In this document: piece after piece, positions 14,444-27,203 of the stretch
Numbering within the stretch: the first letter of the stretch is position 1
Layout: every line of letters starts with the position of its first letter
NCBI GenBank assembly: GCA_051294375.1
Contig: CM119266.1
Span: 9,928,538-9,992,537, forward strand
DNA: 64,000 nt
DNA from: Paraspadella gotoi
Taxonomy: Eukaryota; Animalia; Chaetognatha
Direction of reading: 5' to 3'
Made by a program: the position numbers and the translations under genes
Notes under the pieces: generated by a model
The model's database searches: none
What the model was told of the DNA's origin: nothing
The model's input: the letters and a program-made list of their open reading frames with translations, nothing else

Positions 14444-15722
14444 GCTTGCTTTGCTTTCCTCACCCTTCCACCCCGTAAGGTAAGTTAAAAAAAGAAACCT
14501 ACCTTTCTTTCACGCGACCGATCTCTCTCCCTTCCTTGTTCGACGGTTCACGCCCACCTGCGCCGAACGAGTCTATGACCTTGATAACCCCTCGTCTCAC
14601 ACATTCACACCGAATCACATCACGAAACTCGATGCGAGTCCTCGACATTTTTCGACGCACCTTGTAGACTAGAGCATCGCTTCCTTTAGAATCACTTCGG
14701 TTTATCAATCTTCGTTTTGCCTTCTTGTACTTTGGGATCTCATATCATTCCTTTCATCTAAAATCTTTTTCACTTCATTTCATAATTAATTTGATACAAT
14801 GTCAATACAATCTCCTCTCATCTCTTTCATTACATCACATTAATAATAATATTAGTAATAATAGTATAATAATAGTAATAATAGTAATATCCTTTTCTCT
14901 CTCCGCAACTCGATCATAGGAACTTGAATCTCTTTCGACTCAACTCATTTGACTTATTAATTGACCAATCTACCAATTGACCAATAGCCTATCGAATTTT
15001 ATTTCCATCATTTCCTATTTTTTATCTATACGACGCACTGTTCATCATCTTCCATTTTCATGAAACTCATCCCTTTTCCTCTAATGCCGTTTTCAGCTTG
15101 GATCATTTTCCATTTCATGAACTCATCTCCTTTTCCCTATCCGTTTCAACTTGATCATTTTCCATTTTCATGAAACTCTCCTTTTCCCATTTTTCATCCT
15201 ATTTTTCCATTTCATGAAACTCATCTTTCCTCTATCCGTTTTCAACTTGATCATTTTTCATTTCAATGAATCGTCCTCTTTTCATCCTCTATATTTTTCC
15301 TTTCAATCCATTTCCATCCCAATCATCCATTTCTCCCTTTCCTTTACCCCCTCCCCCCATAGTTTGCCCCAGATTCGACCGTCTCGCTCTGACGAATTCG
15401 ACTCTCAAGTCCGACTCTATGTCTCGCGCCGCCGAGCGACTTACCTCCTCGCCTCACCCTTTGGTTATGCACTATATATTTTCATTCTAATCTTTCCGCG
15501 ACTGTCTCTCTGTCTCTGTCTCGCTTTAGTCTTTTTTTTTATTCTTGCTTTCATTCTCTCGCGTCTATTACCTAGAATTTCATTCATTCTCTCTTTGAAT
15601 CACTCGCTTCACTGTCTCTGCTCCTCTCTCTCCTCCTTCTCTTCCTCATCTTTCTTTTTTCTCTTTCTCTTTCCTGTTTTCGCCTTTATTTCAAATCCTC
15701 AGCATCTGGCCACCATTATTCT

Positions 15723-15762
<40 letters not shown>

Positions 15763-17149
15763 TCTCTCTCTCTCTCTCTCTCTCTCTTTCCAAAAAAAAC
15801 GCTAAAATGACGAAAATCCAAGGAAAGCTTATATACATTATACTGTGAGAGTGTAATATTACAGTTAAACAGGACATCGGACACTGTTGCAGCCGAGGAA
15901 GTTAAACGAATTAAAACCTAATTGATACGATGGTGGGGGGGAGGAATGCAGAATTTCTGCACACTGCGGAGCGACATTGATGGCGAGAAGGGAAGGGGAG
16001 GAGAGCTTTTAAGCGTTACGTGCCGCGTGTCAAGGACGATGATCAGTGCACACTTGCTCGGTTTCATCGATATATGCAATGGGCTCTCGTGGCGCCTGCG
16101 CAGGTCGACAAGGAAATCTGTTTTCTCTCTCTTTTTGATTTTAATTCTTTCATTCAGGATGGATTCTAGATTTTATTTATATTTTTAACCAGTCAATATG
16201 GCAAGTCTAAGATACTATAACTCTTTTTCATTATCAATACGAGTATCGTCATTATTATTAGTTAAATATCATAATCTCTTTTTTTTTCTCGTTTCAATCT
16301 AAAATTTTCTTTCGCGCAAAAAACGCCTCTATTTTCTGCTCAAATTTTTTTTGACTCTCTCCTTTTATTTACTTCGCGTCGGTTTAATTGGAAATTTTGG
16401 TGAACGCCCGACTCTTCTTTATATTGAGTTCGCCCTCATGCTCTCTTCTTCTCTCCTCTCTTCTTCCTCTCTTCTTCTCTCTTCTTCTTCTCTTCTCTCT
16501 CTCCTTCTCTCTTCTCTTCTCTTTCGCCTGCGACTTTCATTAGACGTGAACCAAAAGGATGATGAATTAAGAAAGCCTAAACAATTCTCGTCATGCGCTC
16601 TCCGACTCTCGTTCTCTCGGTTCTCCCATTCCCACTCGAACTCCTCTCCTATCCCTCCTCCCCTTCAAACCGATCCCCTCTTCTCTTTTCCCATTTTTCT
16701 TTTTTTCTCTTTTTTGCTTTCCTTTCTTTTCCTTTTTTTCCCTTCATTTATCTTTGCTACATTTCATTCTTTTTTCTTTTTGTTGTATAGTTTTCTTTTG
16801 ATCGCCAAATTTATTTGAGAGTAAGTAAAGAATTACTCTTTACTGACCCTTAGATCGAACAATTTATTCGAGGGTAAGTGAAGGTTTACTTACTCTTAAC
16901 TTCATTTTCGATCCATCTTAATCTTTCCTTTCTCTTCATCATTTTAATGTTATCTATTCTCTCAGAATTCTCATTATCCTTTTTCTACTCTCTTTGTCTT
17001 TTTAGGCACATGATTACTTTCACTGTCACCTTCTTCCGCCTCATCTCTCCCTCCCCACTTTATTCCACTCTCTCTCTCTCTCTCTCTCTCTCTTTCCTCT
17101 CACTCTCATCTCTCTCTCATCTCTATCTCTCTCTCTCTCTACTCTAAGA

Positions 17150-19480
17150 CGTTTTCTCCACAGTGAAATTGAAAAGACACGCGGAGCAAAACTGAGTGAA
17201 GCAGTAAAGCGTCGAAAAAGAGCAGTAAAACGTTTTTACAATACAAACTGTAAACGCGACGCTCCTTATTTTTTTTTCATTTTCCGAGGAAAAAAAGAAA
17301 AACCTTTTTCGCGGTCTAGCGGGCGAGAAAGTTACGCCACTTGTGGGGCCAGACCTTTCGTGTGAGTATCAAAGTCAGTTCTCCGAGTTTGAATGCCGAC
17401 CTCAACCTCGACATTCACGTCGACGGCGGTGACATCGGCTCTCGGGCCTCGTGTCACAAAATTGGTTTCTTTATATGACAGATTTATCAGATGAGAAAAA
17501 GATGCCGGAGATTTTGCGACAATAACAAAAAAAAAAATAATCTTTTTTTTTATCCTCATGACAATTTTAGTTCTATCACAGCATTGAGTGATACGATCGG
17601 ATGACATTGAAAACTTTTTTCTACATTTTCATTCCTTTTTGCCGTTTCGTAAAATCGAAACTTTATTTTTTTATTTGATACGTCCGTATATTTTGTCTTG
17701 TGTCTTGCTTTTTCTTTCTTTTATCTTTATCGTTCTTCTATCTTTCTTTCTATCCTATCCATCTTTATTCTTTTCTTTTTCCCCCCTCCTTTCTTTCTTT
17801 CTCAATTATTTCTTATTTTTCTTTCTTTCTTTTTTCCCCTTCTCTCATACCAACCTCGTTTTCTTTCCATTTCCAGAGGTCTTCGCCGCTCGATTCCCCC
17901 GCGACGCTGGACGAAGAAATTCAAAGACCCCTGCTCCCCCTGCCATTCCCCCACCCCCCCCTCCGCATAGCCAGAGGAGAAAGGGAGGGAAAAACCAAGA
18001 ATCCTCGCGGATAAAGGGAGAGAAGGGGACGAGGAAAGAGGGAGAATGGAAGACAGAGAGATAGAGAGAGAGGTGGAAGTGAGAGAGAGACAGAGCGAGA
18101 GAAAAAGAGAAGAAAAAAATTGTCAGGAGACGCAATGAAAATGACAAAAACATTAGCGACGGCAGAAGAAGAAGAAGAAGAAGCCATTAGCTGGAGGGGC
18201 GTCGGCAGCGCGGCCGCCGGCGCCGACGTCTTCGGTGAAAAGACGCCGCGAGTTCGGCGCTCCGTGACGCCGCAAAAGGACGTCGGCGTTTTTCTCCACG
18301 TGAAATGAAAGCACGAGCAAAACTGCAGTGAGGAAGCAGTTAAGCCGTCGAAAACAGAGCCAGTAAACGTTTTTTACCCAATACAACTGTAAACGCGACG
18401 CGCTCCTCAATTTTTTTTTCATTTTCCGAGGAAAAAAGAAAAACTCCTTTTTTCGCGGTCTAGCGGGCGGAAGGACAAGTTACGCCACTATGGTGGGGCC
18501 AGACCTTTCGTGTGAGTATCAAGTCAGTTCTTCGACGTTTGACATGCCGAACCTCAACCTCGACATTCACGTCGACGGCGGTGACATCGCTATTCGGCCT
18601 AGCGTGTCACAAAATTGGTTTACTTTATATGACAGATTTATCAGATGAGAAAAAGATGCCTGGAGATTTTTAGCCGACAATAACAAAAAAAAAAATAATC
18701 TAATTTTTTTTTTATCCTCATGACATTTTAGTTCTCATCACAAGCTTGAGTGATACGATCGGATGCAACATTGAAAACTTTTTTCTACATTTTCATTCCT
18801 TTTTGCGTTTTCGTAAAATATCGAAACTTTATTTTTTTATTTGATACGTCCGTATATTTTGTCTTGTGCTTGCTTTTCTTTCTTTTATCTTTATCGTTCT
18901 CTTATCTTTCTTTCTATCCTATCCAATCTTTTATTCTTTTCTTTTTCCCCCATCTCTTCTTTCTTTTCTCATTACTTTCTTATTTTTCTTTCTTTTCTTT
19001 TTCCCCTTCTCTATACCAACCCTCGTTTTTTCTTTCCATTATCCAGAGCCTCTTTCGCCGCTCGATTACCCCCGCGACGCTGGACGCAAGAAAATTCAAA
19101 GACCCCTGCTGTCCCCCTGCCATTCCCACCCCCCCCCTCCGCATAGCCAGAGGAGAAACAGGGAGGGAAAAAACCAAGAATCCTCGCGGATAAAGGCGAG
19201 AGAAGGGGACAGAGGAAAAGAGGGACGAATGGAAGACCAGAAGAGATAGAGAGAGACGGATGGAAGTTGAGAGAGAGACAGAAGCGAGAGAAAAAAGAGA
19301 AAAAAAAATTGTCAGGGACGCAATAAAATGAACAAAAAACAATTAGCGACATGCAGAAAGAAGAGAAGAAGAAGCCATTAGCTGGCAGGGGCGTCGGCAG
19401 CTCAGAGCCGCCGGCGCCGACGTCTATCGGTAAAAAGACGCCGCGAGTTCGCGCGCTCCGTGACGCCAGCAAAAGGACCG
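17150..19480 (+). repeat. ~1.15 kb direct duplication (~17150-18285 and ~18290-19480)
   Basis: gttacgccacttgtggggccagacctttcgtgtgagtatc at ~17331 and ~18479. The second copy is insertion-rich. The right arm has a single copy (~21085-22200). Confidence 0.9.
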
Positions 19481-19749
19481 TCGGCGGTCGGCGCCGCCGA
19501 CCGAGCTGCTACCGGACGCGAAGCGCTCGCCTTTTGCCCCTTCTCGGCCCGCTTCTCTGCCACCGCAATGGTCGGCCTTGCCGTGTCCGAGAAAGGGAAA
19601 GGGAGAGACCACACGGACGGTTTTTACTATCCTCTTTCTTCTCTGGCGACCGAAGAAAGGTACGAGAGAGAGAGAAGAGAAGACGATGAGACGAGAGGAG
19701 AGAGAGAGAAGGAGAGATAGAGAAGACGAAGAGAGAGCAGACGAGAGAA

Positions 19750-20110
19750 GAAGAAATGGACAAAGAACAAAGATATTGAAAAAGAAAGAGAAGAAGCGAG
19801 AAAAAAAGAGAGAAAGAATGAGTTGGAAAAGAAAAAGTGTCTTCTTGGTTTCCATTGCGATTCCGTTGGTTTCCAACTACGATTGCGAGGTTTGATTTGC
19901 TTCGTGCGCGGCCTCCGTCGTCTTTCGTTCGTCGTCGTCTTCGTTGTCGTCTCGTTGTCGCTTTCAGACGTCATCTGTTTTTTTTAATTCCACGAAGATG
20001 AAAAGAAAACAAAGAATCTCGAGTTCTTTCGTCAACGTCATCATATTAAAATTAAATTGTCGTGTGACGTAGACCTACTCTGTCTCCCTTATCTTGATTC
20101 ACGTCTTCTC
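19750..20110. other. Non-palindromic spacer (loop) of the inverted repeat, repeated at ~20441-20795
   Basis: The block aaatggacaaagaacaaag...gtagacctactctgtctccc has no mirror copy. It is flanked by a GA-rich tract (~19663-19750) and a (CT)n tract (~20110-20208). Confidence 0.85.
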
Positions 20111-20123
20111 ATTTCTCTCTCTC

Positions 20124-20214
<91 letters not shown>

Positions 20215-20411
20215 TTTCTTCGGTCGCAGAGAAGAAAGAGGATAGTAAAAACCTCCGGTGGTCTCTCCCTTTTCTCTCTTTCTCGGACAACCGGTCAAGG
20301 CCACATGCGGGCAGAGAAGCGGCCGAGAAGCGGGCAAAAGCGAGCGCTCGGCGTCCGGTGGCAGCTCGGTGGCGGCGGCCCGACCGNNNNNNNNNNNNNN
20401 NNNNNNNNNNN

Positions 20412-20444
<33 letters not shown>

Positions 20445-20839
20445 GAAAGAACAAAGAATTGAAAAAAGAGAAGCGAAGAAAAAAAGAGAGAGAATGAGTT
20501 GGAAAAGAAAAAGTGTCTTCTTGGTTCCATTGCGAATTCGTTGGTTCCAACGACGACTTGCGAGGTTTGATTTGCTTCGTTGCGCGGCCTCCGTCGTCTT
20601 CGTCGTCGTCGTCGTCTTCGTTGTCGTCGTCGTTGTCGTCTTTACAGACGTCATCTGTTTTTTTTTAATTCCACGAAGATGAAAAGAAAACAAAGAATCT
20701 CGAGGTTCTTTCGTCAACGTCATACATTATTAAAACTAAAATTGTGTGACGTAAGACCTACTCTGTCTCCCTTTCTGATTCAGTCTGTCTGCTTCTCTCT
20801 CTCTCTCTCTCTCTNNNNNNNNNNNNNNNNNNNNNNNNN

Positions 20840-20912
<73 letters not shown>

Positions 20913-21085
20913 TTTCTTCGGTCGCAGAGAAGAAAGAGGATAGTAAAAACCTCCGGTGGTCTCTCCCTTTTCTCTCTTTCTCGGACAACCGGTCAAGGCC
21001 ACATGCGGGCAGAGAAGCGGCCGAGAAGCGGGCAAAAGCGAGCGCTCGGCGTCCGGTGGCAGCTCGGTGGCGGCGGCCCGACCGC
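19750..21085 (+). repeat. Direct duplication of the spacer plus the start of the right arm (~19750-20386 and ~20441-21085) across 25-N gaps
   Basis: tcaacctttcttcggtcgcagagaagaaagaggatag...ggcccgaccg occurs at 20209-20386 and 20907-21084; the spacer text also occurs twice. Confidence 0.9.
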
Positions 21086-22202
21086 GACGTCCTTTTTGCG
21101 GCGTCACGGAGCGCCGAACTCGCGGCGTCTTTTCCACCGAAGACGTCGGCGCCGGCGGCCGCGCTGCCGACGCCCCTCCAGCTAATGGCTTCTTCTTCTT
21201 CTTCTGCCGTCCTAATGTTTTTGTCATTTTCATTGCGTCTCCTGACAATTTTTTCTTCTCTTTTTCTCTCGCTCTGTTCTCTCTCTCACTTCACCTCCTC
21301 TCTCTATCTCTCTGTCTTCCATTCTTCCCTCTTTCCTCGTCCCCTTCTCTCCCTTTATCCGCGAGGATTCTTGGTTTTTTCCCTCCCTTTCTCCTCTTGC
21401 TATGCGGAGGCGGGGGGTGGGGGAATGGCAGGGGGAGCAGGGTCTTTGAATTTCTTCGTCCAGCGTCGCGGGGGAATCGAGCGGGCGAAACCTCTGGAAT
21501 GGAAAGAAAACGAGGTTGTATGAGAAAGGGGAAAAAAGAAGAAAGAAAATAAGAAATAATTGAGAAAGAAAGAAAGGAGGGGGGAAAAGAAAAGAATAAA
21601 GTGGATAGGATAGAAAGAAAGATAGAAGAACGATAAAGATAAAAGAAAGAAAAGCAAACACAAGACAAAATATACGGACGTATCAAATAAAAAAATAAAG
21701 TTCGATTTTACGAACGGCAAAAGGAATGAAAATGTAGAAAAAAGTTTCAATGGTCTCCGATCGTATCACTCCAATGCTGTGATAGAACAAAATTGTCATG
21801 AGGATAAAAAAAAAAAGATTATTTTTTTTTTGTTATTGTCGCAAAATCTCCGGCATCTTTTTCCATCTGATAAATCTGTCATATAAAGAAAACCAATTTT
21901 GTGACACGAGGCCGAGAGCCGATGTCACCCCGTCGACGTGAATGTCGAGGTTGAGGTCGGCATTCAAACTCGGAGAAATGACTTTGATACTCACACGAAA
22001 GGTCTGGCCCCACAAGTGGCGTAACTTTCTCGCCCGCTAGACGCGAAAAAGGTTTTTCTTTTTTTCCTCGGAAAATGAAAAAAAAAATAAGGAGCGTCGC
22101 GTTTACAGTTTGTATTGTAAAAAACGATTTACTGCTCTTTTTCCGGACGCTTTACTGCTGTCACTCAGTTTTCTTCTCTTTCATCACGGGAGAAAAGTCC
22201 TT

Positions 22203-22286
<84 letters not shown>

Positions 22287-22850
22287 ATAAGTGGGGAGGG
22301 AGAGATGAGCGGAGAGAGGGACAGTGAAGTAATCATGTCCTAAAAAGACAAAGAGAGTAGAAAAGGATAATGAGAATTCTGAGAGAATAGATAACATTAA
22401 AATGATGAAGAGAAAGGAAAGATAAGATGGATCGGAAAATGAAGTTAAGAGTAATAAACCTTCACTTACCCTCGAATAAATTGTTCGATCTAGGGTCAGT
22501 AAAGAGTAATTCTCTTACTTACTCTCAATAAATTTGGCGATCAAAAGAAAACTATACAACAAAAGAAAAAGAATGAAAATGTAGCAAAGAGGAAAAATGA
22601 AGGGAAAAAAAATGGAAAAGAAAGGGAAAGCAGAAAGAAAGAGAAAAAACGAAAAATTTTTGGGGGGAAGGAGAAAGAGGGGATCGGTTTGAAGGGAGGA
22701 GGGGAGGAGAGGAGGAGGGGGGGACGGGGAATTGGGGGGGGGGGAGACCGAGAGAGACGAGAGTCGGAGACGCATGATCGAGGAATTGTTTAGGCTTTTC
22801 TTAATCATCTGCTCTTTGGTTCACGTCTGGGGAATTGAGAAGGTCGCAGG

Positions 22851-22898
<48 letters not shown>

Positions 22899-23590
22899 AG
22901 ATGAGAGAAGAAGAGAGAGAGAGAGAGAGAGAGAGCATTGAGGGCAAACTCAATATAAAGAAAGAGTCGGGCGTTCACCGAAATTTCCATTAAACCGACG
23001 CGAAGTAAATAAAAGGAGAGAGTCAAAAAAATTTGAGCAGAAATCGAGGGGCGTTTTTGCCGAAAGAAAATTTTAGATTGAAACGAGAAAAAAAAGAAAA
23101 TGATTATGATAATTTAACTAATAATAATGACGATACTCGTATTGATAATGAAAAAGAGTATAGTATCTTAGACTTGCCATATTGACTGGTAAAATAAAAT
23201 CTAGAATCCCGATCCTGAATGAAAGAATTAAGAATCAAAAAAGAGAGAAAACAGATTTCCTTGTCGACCTGCGCAGGGCGCACGAGAGCCCATTGCATTA
23301 AACGAGCGTAAAGTGTGCACGTGATCATCGTCCTGGGACACGGCGGGCACGTAACGCTTAAAAGCTCTCCTCCCCTTCCCTTCATCGGCCATCAATGTCG
23401 TCGCAGTGTGCAGAAATTGCTGCATTCCTCCGCACCCCCACCATCGTATGCAATTAGGTGTTTAATTCGTTTAACTTCTCTCGGCTGCAACAGTGTCCGA
23501 TGTCCTGTTTTAACTGTGAATATTAACACTCTCACAGTATACTATGTATATAAGCTTTCCCTGGATTTCGTCATTTTAGGGCGTTTTTTG

Positions 23591-23677
<87 letters not shown>

Positions 23678-24145
23678 AGAGAGAGAGATAATGGTGGCCA
23701 GATGCTGAGGATTTGAAATAAAGGCGAAAAGCAGGACGAAAGAGAAAGAGAAAAAGAAAGATGAGGAAGAGAAGAGAGGAAGAGGAGCAGGAGCAGGAAA
23801 ACAGTGATTCAAAGAGAGAATGAATGAAATTCTAGTAATAGACGCGAGAGAATGAAAGCAAGAATAAAAAAAAAGACTAAAGCGAGACAGAGACAGAGAG
23901 ACAGTCGCGGAAAGATTGAGATGAAAATATATAGTGCATAACCAGAAGGGTGAGGCGAGAGGGTAAGTCGCTCGGCGGCGCGAGACAATAGAGTCGGAAC
24001 TTGAGAGTCGAAATTCGTCAGAGCGAGACGGTCGAATCTGGGGGCAAACTATGGGGGGGAGGGGGGTTAAAGGAAAGGGAGAAAGGGATGATTGGATGGA
24101 AATGGATGAAGAGGAAAATATAGAGGGATGAAAAGGGACGTTTTC

Positions 24146-24712
24146 ATTGGAAATGAAAAATGATCAAGTTGAAAACGGATAGAGAAAAATGGATGAGTTT
24201 CATGAAATGGAAAATGATCAAGTTGAAAACGGATTAGAGGAAAAGGGATGAGTTTCATGAAAATGGAAAATGATCAAGTTGAAAACGGATAGAGGAAAAG
24301 GGATGAGTTTCATGAAAATGGAAATGATCAAGTTGAAAACGGATAGAGGAAAAGGGATGAGTTTCATGAAAATGGAAAAATGATCAAGTTGAAACGAATA
24401 GAGGAAAAGGGATGAGTTTCAATGAAAATGGAAAATGATCAAGTTGAAAAACGGATAGAGGAAAGGGATGAGTTTCATGAAATGGAAAGTAATAAGGATG
24501 AAATGGTGGGAGGAAAAGGGATGAGTTTCATGAAAATGGAAAGTAATAAGGATGAAAATGGTGGAGGAAAAAGGGATGAGTTTCATGAAAATGGAAAGAT
24601 AATAAGGATGAAAATGGTGGGAGGAAAGGGATTGAGTTTCAATGAAAATGGAAAGTAATAAGGATGAAAATGGTGGGAGGAAAAGGGATGATTTCATGAA
24701 AATGGAAGATGA
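24146..24712 (+). repeat. ~55-bp minisatellite, 10 units in two subtypes (6 type A, then 4 type B)
   Basis: Type A: gaaaatggaaaatgatcaagttgaaaacggatagaggaaaagggatgagtttcat. Type B: gaaaatggaaagtaataaggatgaaaatggtgggaggaaaagggatgagtttcat. The mirror at ~15045-15290 has only ~4 units. Confidence 0.95.
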
Positions 24713-25320
24713 TGAAACAGTGCGTCGTAATAGATAAAAAAAATAGGAAATGATGGAAATAAAATTCGATAGGCTATTGGTCATTGGTAGATTGGTCAAT
24801 TAATAAGTCAATGAGTTGAGTCGAAAGAGATTCAAGTTCCTATGATCGAGTTGCGGAGAGAGAAAAGGATATTACTATTATTACTATTATTATACTATTA
24901 TTACTAATATATTATTAATGTGATGTAATGAAAGAGATGAGAGGAGATTGTAATTGACATTGTATCAAATTAATTATGAAATGAAGTGAAAAAGATTTTA
25001 GATGAAAAGGAATGATATGAGATCCCAAAGTACAAGAAGGCAAAACGAAGATTGATAAAACCGAAGTGATTCTAAAGGGAAGCGATGCTCTAGTCTACAA
25101 GGTGCGTCGAAAAATGTCGAGGACTCGCATCGAGTTTCGTGATGTGATTCGGTGTGAATGTGTGAGACGAGGGGTTATCAAGGTCATAGACTCGTTCGGC
25201 GCAGGTGGGCGTGAACCGTCGAACAAGGAAGGGAGAGAGATCGGTCGCGTGAAAGAAAGGTAGGTTTCTTTTTTTTAACTTACCTTACGGGGTGGAAGGG
25301 TGAGGAAAGCAAAGCAAAGC

Positions 25321-25402
<82 letters not shown>

Positions 25403-25982
25403 TCGAAAAAAAAGCATCCAAGCAAAGAGTAAGCAATAGAAAAGTAATATAAACTTTAGTCGGGGAAGGAAAGAGAGAGAAGAATGAACCCGCGGGCGAA
25501 AATTTGCATACATTCGATACGAGCGAAGTTAATAAAACGAATTAAGCGAGCGAAAAGAGGAAGAAGCTAAGAAGATTGGTCATGCTTCGAAGAGTTTTTC
25601 ATCCGGAAGGTGAGGATCGGGTGAGTTAAAAGAAAAGGTGGAGGTGGAGGTGAAATTCGGTTGGGTTATTACTTAGTAGAGTACGTTTTGCCAATTTTCA
25701 GAAAGTATTGCGTATCATGGTTGTGCAAAGTGCAAGAAAAGAAAATTCATTTAAGACTAGGAGATTAAATATGGTTAAACAATGATAATTTTGTTTCGAA
25801 CGGCCGTTAGTATATTAAATAACTCACGACGTCCTGGACAAATAAAAAAGGAGCGAAAAAAACCAACTTAAATGACGAAAAAAAAAAAAAACTAAATGAT
25901 GACAATAAGTTTTTAAAGACAGTTAAATTTAGTTAAACATCGGTGACCAACTCTTTTCGTGTAAAACTTTATTTCGTGTCCG

Positions 25983-26050
25983 AATAAAACCGCTGGGACA
26001 AAGTGGCCCATTGTTCAATAAAACCGCTGGGACAAAGTGGCCCATTGTTC
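25983..26050 (+). repeat. 34-bp tandem duplication
   Basis: aataaaaccgctgggacaaagtggcccattgttc occurs twice; degenerate two-copy mirror at ~13720-13793. Confidence 0.9.
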
Positions 26051-26714
26051 AATGAGTTGGAGGAAATGTTTCGTCAAAATCTTAAAACGTTTCATGGGAG
26101 GAAAGTTCTTGTGTCCATCGGAGGCCTTCTCTTACCTTTGAGGTGGAGCGCTTTGTAGGGAGAGTATGTTCGAGTGAGTTTGAGCTGCAAAGCGAGGGTG
26201 AGTTAATGTGGCGAAACGAGCTTCGCCGAGAAGTTTAGTTTTAAAGTCGACCAGGTAAGTTTAATTATTTATTGCGAAGAAAGGAATATAGTCGGGAAGA
26301 AAATTGTTTAGAATCAAATTTTCCTTCTGGTAATTATTTGTATTTATAGCTTATTTATAGCTATGATAAATTTTCAATGTTTTTTTAAAAGTAAGGATAA
26401 ATATTTGCTAATGGCTAATTCTAAAAATCTTAAAGAGTATAGTGATCTCGCCAGAAGTTACTATAAAAAGAAAAAATCTGGCGCCATCGTTGTCTCGATT
26501 CTCGTCGTCAAAACCTTTTATTTTTAAAACAATAAAGTTTATTACTTTTATCGTTAATCTACCAAAATGATAATAATAAAACTTTAAAAATCAAAATATA
26601 AAGTATTAGGAAGGCGGTCCCCAGCTTAAGCTGTCACATATGTCAAGTACTTATGAATAGTAACTATGTATGTATGTCAATGTGTATTACATATTCATGT
26701 ATTTTTAAGTATCT

Positions 26715-26931
26715 TTAACGCAACGTTATTTCGAAAAATTCCCATTCAAGGTTCTCTCGACTCGGATTTTTCCAAATTCTCTGCCGGCGACGAAGCTGCT
26801 TCGCCCCGACGTGGCTCAGCCGCTCTGCTTTCTGCATCAGCGCCGCAGGCTTCCCACGCGGCACCGCCTCCTCGCGTTCTTTGGCGCCGCCGCCGCCGTC
26901 GCCACCGCCGCCGCCTTTCTTAATCCGCCAT
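26715..26931 (-). CDS. Candidate first coding exon, Gly/Ala-rich N-terminus, product unknown (mirror on + strand from 12851)
   Basis: ATGGCG start at 26931, 50 bp from an E-box cluster, in a GC-rich block. With one indel corrected it reads MADKKGGGGGDGGGGAKEREEAVPRGKPAALMQKAERLSHVG. The two copies disagree in frame and no clear splice donor was found. Confidence 0.25.
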
Positions 26932-26980
26932 CGAAACGGCGAAGCGTTTTTCCGCCGCGATGAACGCGACTCGAAAGCGA

Positions 26981-27203
26981 GTCACGTGACGATGGCGTTG
27001 GCGGGCGTAGCGGGGGACCGTGTCAAAAATCTAGATGTTGGCGTGACAGATTTTTTGACTCTCTCGGGACAAAAAAACGTTGGCGTGACGGAGAAGGAGC
27101 GTCGCACGGTCGGGTGAGATCAATTCGCTTTCGTCAAGCGAATGTACGTCCCCGTCGTCACGTGATCAAAAAAAGTCACGTGATCGAAGGAAAGTCACGT
27201 GAG
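26981..27203. promoter_or_regulatory. Cluster of four GTCACGTGA E-boxes (CLEAR/USF/SREBP type) plus two GTTGGCGTGAC motifs
   Basis: GTCACGTGAC 26981-26990, GTCACGTGAT 27157-27166 and 27175-27184, GTCACGTGAG 27194-27203; GTTGGCGTGAC 27037-27047 and 27079-27089. Confidence 0.65.

Noticed and set aside
17320-17478. Protein-like frame RARKLRHLWGQTFRVSIKVSSPSLNADLNLDIHVDGGDIG
   Set aside because: No recognisable domain, ambiguous splice sites, and the frame is not kept in the other two copies.
19663-20208. Missed SMRTbell adapter at the palindrome centre
   Set aside because: The loop is ~360 bp of genomic-like sequence and no adapter sequence was recognised.
24146-24712. CRISPR-like look (constant palindromic core plus intervening segment)
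   Set aside because: The intervening segments are two repeated variants rather than unique spacers; eukaryotic context and no cas genes.
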